In this document: positions 28,433 through 41,689 of the stretch, piece by piece
Layout of the letters: every line of letters starts with the position of its first letter
Position numbering within the stretch: the first letter of the stretch is position 1
Assembly: GCF_009914755.1 (NCBI RefSeq)
Contig: NC_060927.1
Origin: the human T2T-CHM13v2.0 reference genome, Homo sapiens
DNA: 64,000 bases
Reading direction: 5' to 3' (one strand)
The notes under the pieces: model-generated
The model's database searches: none
What the model was told of the DNA's origin: nothing
The model's input: only the letters and a program-made list of their open reading frames with translations
Translations under genes and position numbers: made by a program

Positions 28433-29859
28433 TGAGGGAGAAAAAAAGTGGAATAATTATTTGAAAGAAATAATTTTATAAATATAAAATATCAAAGATG
28501 AGTAAAAAAATAACCATAAACATTTCTGTATTTGGAGATATATACTAAAACTTCATTTGCTGATGAAATGGCATAGCATCTACACAGGGCATCATTGGTC
28601 CTGAGTTCATTAATGTTGAAGTTGAATGATATAAACATGGGATCATTATATTATTCTATTTTTATTTACACTTAAATTTCCCATACTAAGAAGTCTTTCA
28701 ACATGTTGTTACATAACATTCCCCAAATCAGGAAGAGACATCGGTCATAGAGTGGCTTATCTTTTTCCACATGATGAACTTAGAAAGCTAATCCAACATG
28801 CCCTGAAATCATTCGGTATGTGTCTGATATTTAATCTAATTGTGTCTGAGCTATACCTGATAATATAAATCTACAAGTTTATATTTGAAAGTATTTTTTC
28901 TTTTGAAATCAACATTCTACTTATAATAGTCGTTTAAAATTATGTTTTTTACCTTCGTGACATTTCTCAATGTTTCCAATAGCATTATTAATAATAACTA
29001 CTCTGATGTAACATCACCTTTCATTTTCTGATCTTTGTCTTTTCTACATGACCCTGTCTCCCTTGAAAAATAAAACTCTTATTTTAGAAAAGCAACTTTA
29101 ATATCTGGGATCAGTGGAAAGGGTCATGTCTCATTTATTAATATGTTTCAGTCTTTGTCCCTTTAGTCTTTTTTGATCTGAAGAAAAATAACTTCACTTT
29201 TTCTACCAGCCCCAAATACTCTGAGGCATTGAACTCTTAGCCTCTCTATGCCTGGCAGCTCCTTTTTAAAGGGCTAGACTCTTCTTAGATTGGTTCATAC
29301 AAGTAAAACAACTTGAAGTACATCCATAAGATTTATGAAATCAATAGACTGGTCTACACAGGAGATGGCAGAATGGTTCTAAGAACTGTCCAAGCCACAA
29401 CTTTCTTTTGAACAGCTCAACAGTCTTTATAGATATCAGTAAAACTGAACTAATCAATACCTCCTAGCTTCTGATAATCACACTGTTGTATAGACAAATG
29501 GCAGCTGGTTAGTTTAATCAAAATCATAGTTGGAAGAGTCTATAGTTATAAATATGGAAATAGTCCAAGACTTTAAAAAGGAAAGGCATTATTATGATTA
29601 ATCTGTTTTAACACTTATTTCCAGTGACATTTTTAAAAAGGCAGGGAGAGAAAAAGGAAGAACCAAGAGGATAATAACTTAAGAAGGGAGGAAAAATATT
29701 ATTTTAAAATCAGTTAGCTTCTTGTTAATAAAAATAGCTAGGCTGTTTGAGGGAACACATTTTGTCTCTCAGGGTATCTTTGGATCATAGTGACTGTGCT
29801 TGATCAATCCCAGTGGCGATGGCTTTGGCTTCGACATATGCTACATATTTTCTAGCCAA

Positions 29860-30230
29860 AAAAATATTGTCTTCATAAACAGGCATGACTAAATTCTATT
29901 CTTTAGGAGTGCATGCTTTGGCGTTAAAATTATAAAGCTAAACAAAGATGTAATCAACCTAGAGGCTGGGTTCACAGTCACTTGTAAGAGAGAGGCAGAA
30001 TTGTAACTAGGAAGGTCCACAGAGGGTTTCCAGGATACTGACCACATTCTCTTTCTTAAACTGAGAAGTGGCTACACGGGTGTTATATTCATAGTGGTTC
30101 ATTGAGCTATACATTTACGTTTTATGTGTTTTTGAATGTATCTTTTATAATATTAAAAAACATATAATATCTGTACTTGCAATTTTGCTATACACCTAAA
30201 CCTGGTGTAAAAATAAAGTTTAAAAAAATA
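29860..30230 (+). mobile_element. L1ME/L1MC-type 3' end
   Basis: 'gggtttccaggatactgaccacattctctttcttaaactgagaagtggctacacgggtgt'. Confidence 0.6.
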
Positions 30231-32399
30231 ATTAAAATTTTAAATTAAAAGTTTTAAAAAATTTAATAAAAGAACTGCTCAAGAGACTATGATTAACATC
30301 TGGTTTGCTAACCATGGCTCTGACCAATAGGAAACAGGAGCCAAAGCCAAACAAGCATTTTCAAGAGAAGTTTTTCCACTGTTAAAAAATACCGTACATA
30401 CAGAAACACTATGCACAGACACATTTTTCCACATTATGTTGCTGCTTCAGTAAAGATGTTGTACTTGAAGCAACATTTCCAGCACCTGGATAAATGTAAA
30501 GGAGCCCAATTTCAACTAGTATTTCCACCTGAACTCTTCGGTGCAATTACAATTATACTGTATATATTTTCCTCCGTTTTATTTTTTTGTTCACAATATG
30601 ATTTTACATTTCCTAGTCCGCTCCTCTAATCTGTCTTCTGTAAGGTATCCCAATCAAATTACCAATGAAACTTGGTACTCTCTCACCAAATATGAGATAA
30701 TACCACGTCCGATAGCTTCCTCAGGCATGCCCTGGTTCAGGCCATACTAGAGCCCTAACTAAAGTGCAGATGGTATTATTGATGTACACATAACTACAAA
30801 GCTAGAAGATACTTTTTCTTAAACCAAGAGTGGTGCTTGTACCATAATGCAACCTAAAATAAATCTTATTTGAATATCTAGCTAATTCATTTAATTCAAG
30901 GCTTTAGCTGTTGCTAATAATCTGTACCCATAAACTAAGTTCAATAGAATTATGAGAACTCTTAACAGTCTTAACTTTAGCCTAGATATTACAGGTAAGT
31001 CTTTATCCCATCAACATTGCACGAAATAAGGAATAAAGATGAAAACAGGAGTGAAAAAACTTTTGTATTTTGTGAAGAATACTACATTTGGAGTTGTGGT
31101 TGAAAGTAAAATGAAATTAAAGAAGATTTGTTTTGTTTTAGCATAGGACTGAACTAAACTCAGAGACACAAGTTACAACTTACTTACTACTAAATGTCTT
31201 AACATCATCTCCCAAACATCTAACGTAGACACTGTTTATATCATCTTCAAGCTTCTTACTGCCTCCTCAGGCTAAGTATCCCTACATCCCACCCCTTCTC
31301 ATCTAGTCAACTTCCCTTTACTTTTTCCAATTTCATGCCCAGGACAATTTTATTCTAACTCCTAACATTGTTCAGTGTTATTTCATGCAAAGCTACCTCT
31401 GGACTAAAAGAATAAGATCCTTCTACAGGTTATACTCAATTCACCCAAGGAAATAGTGAAAATGTGGGCATTTTAGGGTAGAGAGTGTGTGTGAGCAGAG
31501 CAATAGATACCATTACTGCCCCAGTCCCATCAAGGAGGTGCTGCCTGATCTGTGGGTGTGGATGTGTGAGCTGGCCCTGAAGACAAACCTTGGCATGACA
31601 CAACCTAGAATTCTTGCAAGCTAGACACTCAAGAAGTAGCCACAGTAGTACCCAAACTAATTTACATGTGCAAAAGTCCTTAGAGAAAAATCCTATTTCT
31701 CCAAAATAAGGTCACAGTGAACTGTTGTAAATAGTTTATTTGGAAAACAAAATATTTGTCTGAACCATCAGCAGAGGGATAAATTATAAAAAGTGTCCTT
31801 GGTGATAGAAGGTTGGAAACCACTGCTCAGGCAATAGGAATTTAGGCTATTTATATTCTACGCAATCTAACATGTGTAGAACTGATACATTAAAAGTGAT
31901 TAACTAGCAGTCCTAAAAGAAATCATCGACACTATGCCATTACATGATGCTGCTACAAGTAGATTCTATATAATATCACTGAAACACTATAATACTACTC
32001 TGGTTTAAGCCTTATTAAATTTGGAGAAACTGAAGTACAAATTACCTTAGTGCTGGCAATAAAGTGTGTTTACGCAAGATATATTTGTTTGTTCTTGTTT
32101 GGAATTGGTTGATTTGTTCCAGGAAGTTGGGTACTTTTCCTTTTCTTCTCAAGGCTGAATGAGAGGTTTCATTAAATATACATTGAACAGACACTTTCCT
32201 AAGAAGTTGTCTGTAAAATATGCCCTTGGATGAACAGAGTTCAACTGGCAACTGGGTCACACTCTTAAGCTGAGGAATGGGGAAGTTCTCTAACTTTTCT
32301 GAACCTCTGATTCCTGATAATAATAATATAAAGTTAAAGATCAAACAAGCAAAAAATACACTGAAAGCAATTTTCCAACAAGGGCAAAGTTTTAACATA

Positions 32400-32503
32400 T
32401 ATAAATATGTATATATATAAACATAAATATAATATATTAAACCTAAATATAAATATGTATCTATTTTATTGGCTCTCTCTCACTGGAGAACCCTGACTAA
32501 TAC
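32400..32503 (+). mobile_element. MLT2 LTR 3' terminal fragment with AT-rich tract
   Basis: 'ctattttattggctctctctcactggagaaccctgactaataca' is the MLT2 LTR end. Confidence 0.7.
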
Positions 32504-32661
32504 ATATATAGGCACCTCCATATTAATAAGTTTACTATGGCTTAGCATATAAATATTAAATAAACGAAATATGCAAAAACTTTAAAATTACCATTAAAGC
32601 AAGTTATCTTTAAAATCTATTTGAATCAAATTAAAAAACAATATTACATATTGATTTTATT

Positions 32662-33044
<383 letters not shown>

Positions 33045-33079
33045 TGAGCAATTAATATATATAATTTTTTTAGACTTCT

Positions 33080-36000
33080 CCTTTTTTGAATTAAAGATGC
33101 CCATAGGCTGAAAATGAAGGGATGGAAAAAAATATTTCTTATACATAGCAGCCAAAAGAAAGCAGAATTAAGAGAGAGAATTCTGGGAAGACGGTGGAGT
33201 AAGAAGCACCAGGAGTCATTCTCCCACCTAGACAATTTCACAGGCAGAATATGTCTGATGTAACCAATTTGGAATGCTGGGATTTATTCAAGGTTTGAAA
33301 ATTCCAGAGAAAGGGTTGGACAATAAATTATAGTTAATTTTAGCCAATTTCAGCTCTTTAGACAATAGCAGTAACCTATTCTTCATCCCCAATCCTGTGG
33401 CAGGCAGATGTGCGTGTGTTCCTGACGTGACTTGCACACATCTTGCAGGAGCCAGGATAGGCAAATAGGACCTTGTACTCCAAATGTCAGTAATCTGCGG
33501 ACAAATCCCTGAATACTGCTTCTGATTACAGGCATACAGACAAAGAGTCAGGTGGCTAATATTGTTGCATCTCCCCTCATTGTTGCAAACCCCTCCCTCT
33601 CTGACTGAAGTGACTTTCAAGGAATTTACAGGGCTAAAGTTCCTTCGTTCTCCTTCATTTTGCTATTTTTCCCCTTTTGGGAAATAGACATTAAACACTT
33701 GAACATTTCAAAACAACTGTATATGCAGAGAAATGAGAAGACAATTGTGCAGACTCAAAAAAGATCTAAACTGACCGTAAATTTATACCACTGGCTGATT
33801 GTTGGCACAGAGACAGCCTACAGCAATCAAAAAACAAAAGTAAAAAAATAAAAGTAATAACAAAAAACAGCAAAACCTGGGAAATTCGATGAATTTGAGT
33901 TACAGAGTTACCACATTGTTAGATGCAAATGCCCAGTTTAAAAAAAAAAATCATAAGGTATACAAAGAAAGAGGAAAATCTGGCCCATTCAAAGGAAAAA
34001 AAGTAAATCAACAGAAACTATTCCTGAAAAAGATCTGATGGCAGATCTACTTGACAAAGACTTCAAAATAACTGTCTTAAAGATGATCAAAGCACTCAAA
34101 GATGTGAAAAAAATCAGGATAACAGCACATGAACAAAATGGCAATATCAGTAAAAATATAAAAAACCTGGAAAGAAACCAAAAAGAAAACATGGAGCTCA
34201 AAAGTACAATAGCTGAAATAAACATTTTACTGAAGAGATTAAAGGCAGGCTTGAACAGACAGAAGAAAGAATCAGCAAGCTTGTAGACAGGACAATGAAA
34301 ATGAAGTAGTCTAAGGAAAAAAAAGAAAAAAAGATGAAAAGAGTGAACAGTTTTATTTTGTTTTGTTTTGTTTCCCCACAGTAGCGGATTAGAGGTAGTG
34401 TTGGCCTGCCTCTCCCACTCAGAAAGACAGAATAATGTGTGGAGATTCACAGTGAGAACTATTTTTCAAGAAGCAGTACAGGAACTCAACGGGAAAACTG
34501 CAAGACTCCACAGACCCTTTGAAAGAAAGGAGAGGCCTGGTCCGTGAGACAGGTGAAAAACTGTAAATTCTCAGTGTAAGATGGGGAGAGATTACCTTCA
34601 GAATACATATCCCCACTGGGGAATCTGAAAATCCAGGCCACGGGAGAAGGCCTTAACCCTACCCAGAGGTGGAACTGATTTAGGGAGTGATGAGAAACAT
34701 AAAAGTAAAAGCAGCCGTGGGAAGTCCCTTGCAGGCATTCCCAGAATACACATTCTTCTGAAGTGCAAATGAAACATTTTCCAGGATAGACCATATGGTA
34801 GGCCACAAATTAAATATCAATAGATTTTTCAATAGATATCATATAAAGTATTCTTCTACAACCACAATGGGATGAAGTTGGAAGGCAATAACAAAACTAA
34901 TACTGGAAAGTTTATAAATTTGTGGAAATTAAGTTACCCTCTCTTTGCCAACTCTTCTGAGACTCTTTCAAAATATAGAAGAAGAAGGATCACTTCCAAA
35001 CTCATTTTATGAGACCAGCACCACCCAGATACAGAAACCTGACAAAGATAACACAAGAAAACTGCAAGCCAATATCCCTAATGAACACAGATACAAAAGT
35101 ACCAAATAAAATACGAGCTTATCAAACTTAACAATACATTAAAAGAATCATACACCATGACTAACAGGGATTTATCTCAGGGATGCAAGGGTGGCTCAAT
35201 ATATGCAAGTCAATCAACATTATACAACAAGTTAACAATACGAAGGAGAAAAAAGCACATAATCATCTCAATTAACACAGAAAGCATTTGACAAAGTTCA
35301 AACTCCATTGATGATTAAAACTCCCAACAAAATAATTATAGCAGGATCTTACTTCAATCCAAAAAGGGCTATATATGAAAAGCCCACAGCTCACATCATA
35401 ATCAACAGGGGAAAACTGAAGGCATTCTCTCCAAGATCTGGTACAAGACAATAACGCCTAGTCTCATGACCTCTTTTCAATATAGTACTGGAAGTCCAAG
35501 CCGGGGCCATTAGGCAAAAGAAGAAAATGAAAGGTATTCAAACCACAAAGAAAGAGTAAAATTTTCTCTGTCTGCAAATGTCATGCTCATATACACAGAA
35601 AAACCTTAAAGATTCAATGACAACAAAACTGTTAGAACCAATATAAAAATTCAGTAAAGTGCAAGATACAAAATCAATATGCAAAAATCCAGCATGTTTC
35701 TATACACAAACCATGAGCTATTCAAAAAGAAAATTAGAAAAACGATCTCATTCACAATCAAGACAAAGATAATAAAATACTTAGGAATAAACTTAACAAA
35801 AGAAGTGAAAGGCTTGTACACTAAAAATTATAAAACATTGACAGAAGAAATCTAAGAAGACACAGATAAATGGAAAGACATCCTATGTTCTTAGACCGAA
35901 AAAATTAACGTCATGAAAATATCCATACTAACAAAAGTGATCGACAGATTTTCAATGAAATCTCTATAAAAATCTAATGTCATTCTTTACAGAAATAGAA

Positions 36001-37004
36001 AAAAATCTAAAATTTATCTAGAACTACAAAAGATTCCAAATAGCCAAATAAATCTTGAGTAAGAAGAGCAAAGCTAGAAGAATCACACTGCCTGATTGTA
36101 AAATATATTACAAATCTACAGTAATCAAAACAGTACGGCACTGGCACAAAGGCAAACACATAGACCAATGAAACAGAACAGAGAGAGAGAAGAAATAAAT
36201 CCATGCAGCTATAGTCAACTGAGCTTAAACAAGGGGGCTATGAACACAAAATGGGGAAAGAATAGTCTCTTTGATAAATGCTGCTAAGAAAACTAGATGT
36301 CCACAACCAGAAGTGGACCTTACCTAACAACATATATAAAAATTTACTCAAAATAGGTCAAAGACCTAAATATAAGGCCTAAAACTAGAAAAATCCTAGA
36401 AGATAACATAGACAGAAATTTCATGACATCAGATTTGGCAATTTCTTGGTTATGACAGCAAAGACATAGACAATGAAAGCAAAAATCATCAAATGTGATT
36501 ATATCAAACTAAAAATCTTCTGTAAAACCAGGGAAACAATCATCAAAGTGAAGAGACAACGTTTAAAATGGGAGAAATTATTTGCAAACCATATATGTGA
36601 TAAGGGATTTTTAGCTAAAGTGCATCAGGAAATCAACTTGATAGCAAAAAAATAAATAATGTGATTTTAAAATGGGTAAAGGAGCTGAATAGGCATTTTT
36701 CAAAAGAAGACATATAAATTACCAACAGATACATGAAAAGGGGCTCAATATTACTAATCAGTGAAATACAAATCAAAGCCAAAATGAGATATAATTTCAC
36801 ATCTGGTACAATAGCTATTGTCAAAAAGATGAATGATAACAAGTGTTGGTGAGAATGTAGAGAAAAGGGAGCACTGCTACACTATTAATGGGAATGTTAA
36901 TTGCTACAGCCATTGTGGAAAATGGTATAAAAATTCCTCATACAATTAAAGTTAAAAGATATACCAGAATTACTATAAAGTTAAAAGATATACCAGAATT
37001 ACTA
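33080..37004 (+). mobile_element. Mosaic L1 block: old L1M 5' UTR and ORF1 N-terminus, a second (L1PB-like) 5' UTR piece, ORF2 endonuclease and RT/C-terminal fragments
   Basis: ORF1p-like MADLLDKDFKITVLKMIK...NQKENMELKSTIAEI (34038-34286). EN region 'gaatacacattcttctgaagtgcaaatgaaacattttccaggatagaccatatg' (34744). RT region 'cttccaaactcattttatgagaccagc', 'aaagcatttgacaaagttcaa' and 'ttcaaaagaagacatataaat'. All frames are disrupted. Confidence 0.9.
36947..37004. repeat. Perfect 29-bp tandem duplication
   Basis: taaagttaaaagatataccagaattacta x2 (36947-36975, 36976-37004). Confidence 0.95.
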
Positions 37005-37309
37005 GAAGGATGATACAGCAAACTAGAAGCTGTGATATTTGATGTAGCATGGCCACACATGTAGGTAATAAAGTACTTGCAGTGATGGAATAATTTGAAG
37101 TGAAAGAAAAAATGTGTTTCATGTATCCAAAGCTTAATTAAATGTTGGGAATAGCCAAGAGTTGATCAATGATAGCCATGAGGCAGGATAAAGAGTGGCA
37201 TGTGCCTCAAATAAGTGAGAATTTCCATACCAAGACAAGGGAATAGTGGTTTCTAAGTGGCAGTGATGTGCAGGATGGGCTAGAGAAATGACTGAATGTA
37301 GGGAGTCCA

Positions 37310-37480
37310 GGGTGGGGGGAGGGGGGAGGGATAGCATTAGGAGATATACCTAATGCTAAATGACGAGTTAATGGGTGCAGCACACCAGCATGGCACATGT
37401 ATACATACGTAACTAACCTGCACATTGTGCACATGTACCCTAAAACTTAAAGTATAATAATAATAAAATAAAATAAAAAA
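37310..37480 (+). mobile_element. 5'-truncated L1PA3-type 3' end (~170 bp)
   Basis: 'gggtggggggaggggggagggatagcattaggagatatacctaatgctaaatgacgagttaatgggtgcagcacaccagc...taaaacttaaagtataataataataaa'. It has GAG rather than the L1HS-Ta ACA diagnostic. Confidence 0.93.
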
Positions 37481-37514
37481 GTCTATTGCAATAGTCCATG
37501 CAAAAATCAATAAA

Positions 37515-38040
37515 CCTTTTATTCAATTCAATTCAACAAATATTTATTGAGCACTGACTATATGTCAAGTACTATGCTCAGGCTAAAATAGTGAACAATA
37601 CAATCTAACATTCCTGCCTTCTTATATTCTAGTAATTGAGGGCAAAAACAATAAGAGAGAAGACTATTGCAGCATGAGAGATTACAGAGATTGAATTGTC
37701 AGGTTCTATCCTCACATGGTTGGTTAAAAGAGGAAGCATTTCTAAAAAATTCTATGGGCTTAAATTTAAGTAACAGGTAAAAGAGAAAGGTCATTGATAG
37801 AGAGCAGGCAAGTTATTCATTCAACATATGTTGAATGTTTCCCAATGCCAAGACCTAGAAACATAAAGATGAATAATACAGGAAGAAGCACCAGATTGGA
37901 AAAGTGACTGGTTGACGTGATAATGATGGCAATTACAGACAAGCTGAAATTTTGATTGAGGCAGGACATTCTTGTGAAATGTTCAACACAGTTGAAAGGG
38001 TAGTTTTGAAATTCAGGAGAGAAGTTAGGCTAAGAGAAGT
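37515..38040 (-). mobile_element. L2 fragments including 3' termini
   Basis: 'attcaattcaacaaatatttattgagcactgactatatgtcaag' is the L2 3' end in antisense. Confidence 0.75.
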
Positions 38041-39397
38041 CTAATCTGCCTTTCAATTCATTTAGGAATGATTTTGGAGGATATAAATTTTTTGAAAAAA
38101 ATGAAAGTTATTTCCCGGAAAAAAAATTCATATGAAAAAGTTGTGTTAAAAAAAACCCCACAAATACAATATATGCCAAATTTTTAACTATATTAACCAC
38201 ATTACTATTCTAGAAATCACTTGCTTTAGTAGCAATCATATATTATCATTACATATATTTGTATTAATCTTGGTAACAACAATATTAAATTTTTTAATAT
38301 CAAAGAAATTCTGCTTTCAGAAAACCAAGATTTTTATCTAACAGGAGAATTAGTAGGTATGGAAATGTGACAAATTTGTATTATACTTGTTTATGTGAAT
38401 GGGTAAGTAGAAGTGAAGCTGGATATTTAGATGTACTTATTACGGTGATCACCGTTACTGATGGCAATGGAAAATCAGATTTCTTTGCATTTCCCCAGGT
38501 AAGACAAGGTAAGCAGTTTATATGTATTATAATTTTTAAAGACAGTACCTGAATTTGTATCTACTATGTTGTTTTTCAGAGTGTCATGATCACGAGGGAA
38601 ATTCACTACATGCCTGCTTGCAAATGATTTAGTTGAAATGTACAATTTCTTCTTTAAAGTATTTAATACTTCCCAGAGACAAATCAATTTTAATTTAGTG
38701 ATGAGCTGAAAGGGCTGGAAAATAAACTACAAATAAGCTGAAATCATCAGAATTAAGAAAAAATGAAACAACCTTGTGCTCAGAGTAACTCAAAAAAGTT
38801 GTTGTCTAAAAAAAGCATTTTTGTTTTAGTGTGCCCCTTATTATTGTGGTATTCTTCATCTTTTATTCATCATTTCTGTTCATAAATCAAGCCGCCTTTG
38901 GTTCTATGTTTAAACTGCATCTAAAATATATACAACAATTTGTATGTATTCCATCATGATTGCAGAATCTACAGCACATTTTTCATGTTTTGTTCCGCGA
39001 TCATCATTACATGTGAATAAAAGACAAATGTAGCCAAATATTTTTGATATTTCTCTCAATGAAGAATGCCTAATGTAAATCTAACAAAATACAGCCCATT
39101 TTTTAAATGACATTTTTTTAATGATGACACTCAAAGAAGCGCATTCAAACTCTGAGAAAAGTGATTATTTTGTAATGTGCACCTTTTTTTTTCTGCTTTA
39201 TGTTTCACATCCAAAGTTGCCTTACATTAGAATAGTTTGGCATTTTCAAGAAGTAAATAAAGTAGATCTCAAGTTTAGTTCTCGAATATTTTCAGAAATC
39301 CTACAATTTTCATTTGAACAATAATGCTATGAATACCAGGCTATGAGAAGTTTATGTGGCCACACTAGACTGCCAGATCAATACACAGATTTGGAAG

Positions 39398-39568
39398 TAG
39401 TGGTGTTTCTTGAACTGTGTTCTGCTGATTGCATATGTCAGAATCACTGTTACAATGCATATTCCTCGGTTTTCTCTGAGACTTTTTGAGCTAAATTTTT
39501 TTTAGGTATGGTACCCAGAAATCTACAAACAACATTTTCCCCAGGATACTTGTGCAAAAACCACTGCT
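39398..39568. mobile_element. MER5-type DNA transposon relic
   Basis: 'agtggtgtttcttgaact...gtcagaatcact...ccagaaatctaca...aaccactgct'. Confidence 0.6.
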
Positions 39569-39747
39569 TAATACTGGGTTGGCTTAATATTGTGTTTGGC
39601 AATTTTCATGGTTATGGAGGGAGCAGGCAATGATGGATAACTGAAAACAGGTTGAAAACTGTTGAAAAATGACGTCTTCTTTTGAAACCTAGACCACCGT
39701 ATATTTGGCCACCTACATTTAGGTCGAAGAAATATAGTGTCCTGCTC

Positions 39748-40355
39748 TACAGTAAGCAGAATTCTAAGATGACTGCCCAAGAAGCCCACTAGCAGGTATC
39801 TACATCCTGCATTATCTCTAAGACTGTGAGTATAATGGACCTTACCCCCGTGATTAGGTTATACATATGGGACAGCTGATCTTAAGAAAAATTATCCTGG
39901 GTGAGCCTACATAACCACATGAACCCTTAAAGGGGACCGCAGTCTCCCTAAAGTCAGAGATCAAAACATCAGAGAGATTTGACAAGATTCTCCATTGCTG
40001 GATTTGAAGATGAAAGGGACCATGTGGTGAGGTACACAGGCAGCCTTAATGAGTGAAGAGCAGCCCTCAGCTGATAGGAAGCAAAGAAACAGGGACAGCA
40101 GTCATATGTCCATAAGGAACTAAATTCAGCCATACACCTCAATGAAATGTGGAAGCAAATGTTTTCCCAGAGACCCCAACTGAGAGTGCAGGTGGCCAAT
40201 AACTTGATTTAAGCCTCAGAAGACTGTAAGCAGAGAACCCAGTCTCATTCCATGCCTGGACTTCTGACCTGAAATCTGTAAGGTAATAAATGTGGCTATT
40301 TTTTTAACCTGTCAAGTTTATGGTGATTTGTTATGCAGAAACAGCAAACTAATCT
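39748..40355 (+). mobile_element. MLT1E-type MaLR solo LTR
   Basis: 'gcagaattctaagatgac', 'gtgattaggttatac' and 'ggacttctgacctgaaatctgtaaggtaataaat', ending 'aacagcaaactaatct'. Confidence 0.85.
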
Positions 40356-41689
40356 GTACCCAGATTACGCAAAAGCAACTCTGCCTATAGTAATTAGAGT
40401 TATACCAACAGAGCTGCTCTTATGTATACTTTGATTTCCCTGAGTCGTGTATATAAATGACATTGGAAACTCTCGGTGTTATGAACCAGCAGATTTTACA
40501 TATCAGAGTTAAGTTCATAGAGTCACCAAGATCTGTTGTGACCAGGTTGAACAATTCATTAGGAAATCATTAGTAGGAAGAGCAGAGCCCCAAAATAGTC
40601 CAAAATTTCTCAGTCTGAAGTGTTTTTAAAGAACTTTATCCAAGATCATATGTTACAATCAACATTATAAGGTAGATTAATATTTTAATTGCTATTACCA
40701 AAGAGGTATAAGAATTTAATTGGAGAAGATGGTCCAAGATTGTGCACTAAAGCTGCCAGCTTATGGTAATAAGACCTCATTCTCAGAACAATTATTTTCC
40801 TCAACAAAGAGAATCTCATGATTCCATCTATTTAGCCAAAATAAATCAAGTTTTTATTTTTATGTGTCCATGAGCAACATTCACTTTCCATTACTTCTTG
40901 TGGTCACACAAGCATTTCATTGAATATTTCTATAAATAGTTTCCACATGCTCATGCCTCCTTTAATGACTTTGCAATTCTAATAAAGTGATTAGAACTCC
41001 TCATCCCTGCTGTGACCTCTGCTAAACGATGTGAAAATACCCCTCCTGCTGGGGTTATCCCGCCAGCAAAATCCAAATGACCCACCAAAAAGTACATCTG
41101 TTGTAATTTGACTTTCTTTGCCCTTGTTACTTTTTCCTGCCATTCTATAAGATCTTTAATTTTTCCCTTGGGGCTCTAAATTTCTTTTTAATTTTTTATT
41201 CGTGGAGAAGCTCTTGTACAGATAAAATCAGGCTGACTGGTCTAGTTTTCCTCTAACTATTGGAGCTGTAATGTGTCACTCTCTGAAACTTCACAGCTTC
41301 CTAATTAATATTCTGCTCAAACACGACAGGGTTATATGATTTCGTCTTAGACATTCATTAAGTGTTCCATTATGGGTCCCAAATATGCTAATTAACAAGT
41401 GTACAATTGTGATCTCACTGAGAGAAAATGTTGCAAGGAGTCTCTGAAACAGTCAATAAGATTTTGGCAAGTAGTTTTGTCAAACCCAGGAGGTAATTTA
41501 TAGTGGAAGAACATTGAAATACAAATTGCTAAATGTTTTGTAAGTCTTCGAGAAATGTTAAAAACCAAGCTGGGTTTGGAGGCAGGCTCTTTTTGAACTC
41601 TCTGACTTATGGGCTCCACACGGGTAAGAAAGGAAATTTAGTGCCTTGCTGATTTTGCCTTTAGCCTTGGCCACTGGTAGAAGCACCTG

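Noticed and set aside
30961-31000. Perfect donor CAG|GTAAGT with a nearby TAG, giving a 14-nt exon
   Set aside because: The pyrimidine tract is poor and isolated consensus donors are expected by chance in 64 kb.
33989-34450. 153-aa hydrophobic minus-strand ORF resembling a membrane protein
   Set aside because: It is the antisense of A-rich L1 ORF1 sequence, so the F/L/S richness is compositional.
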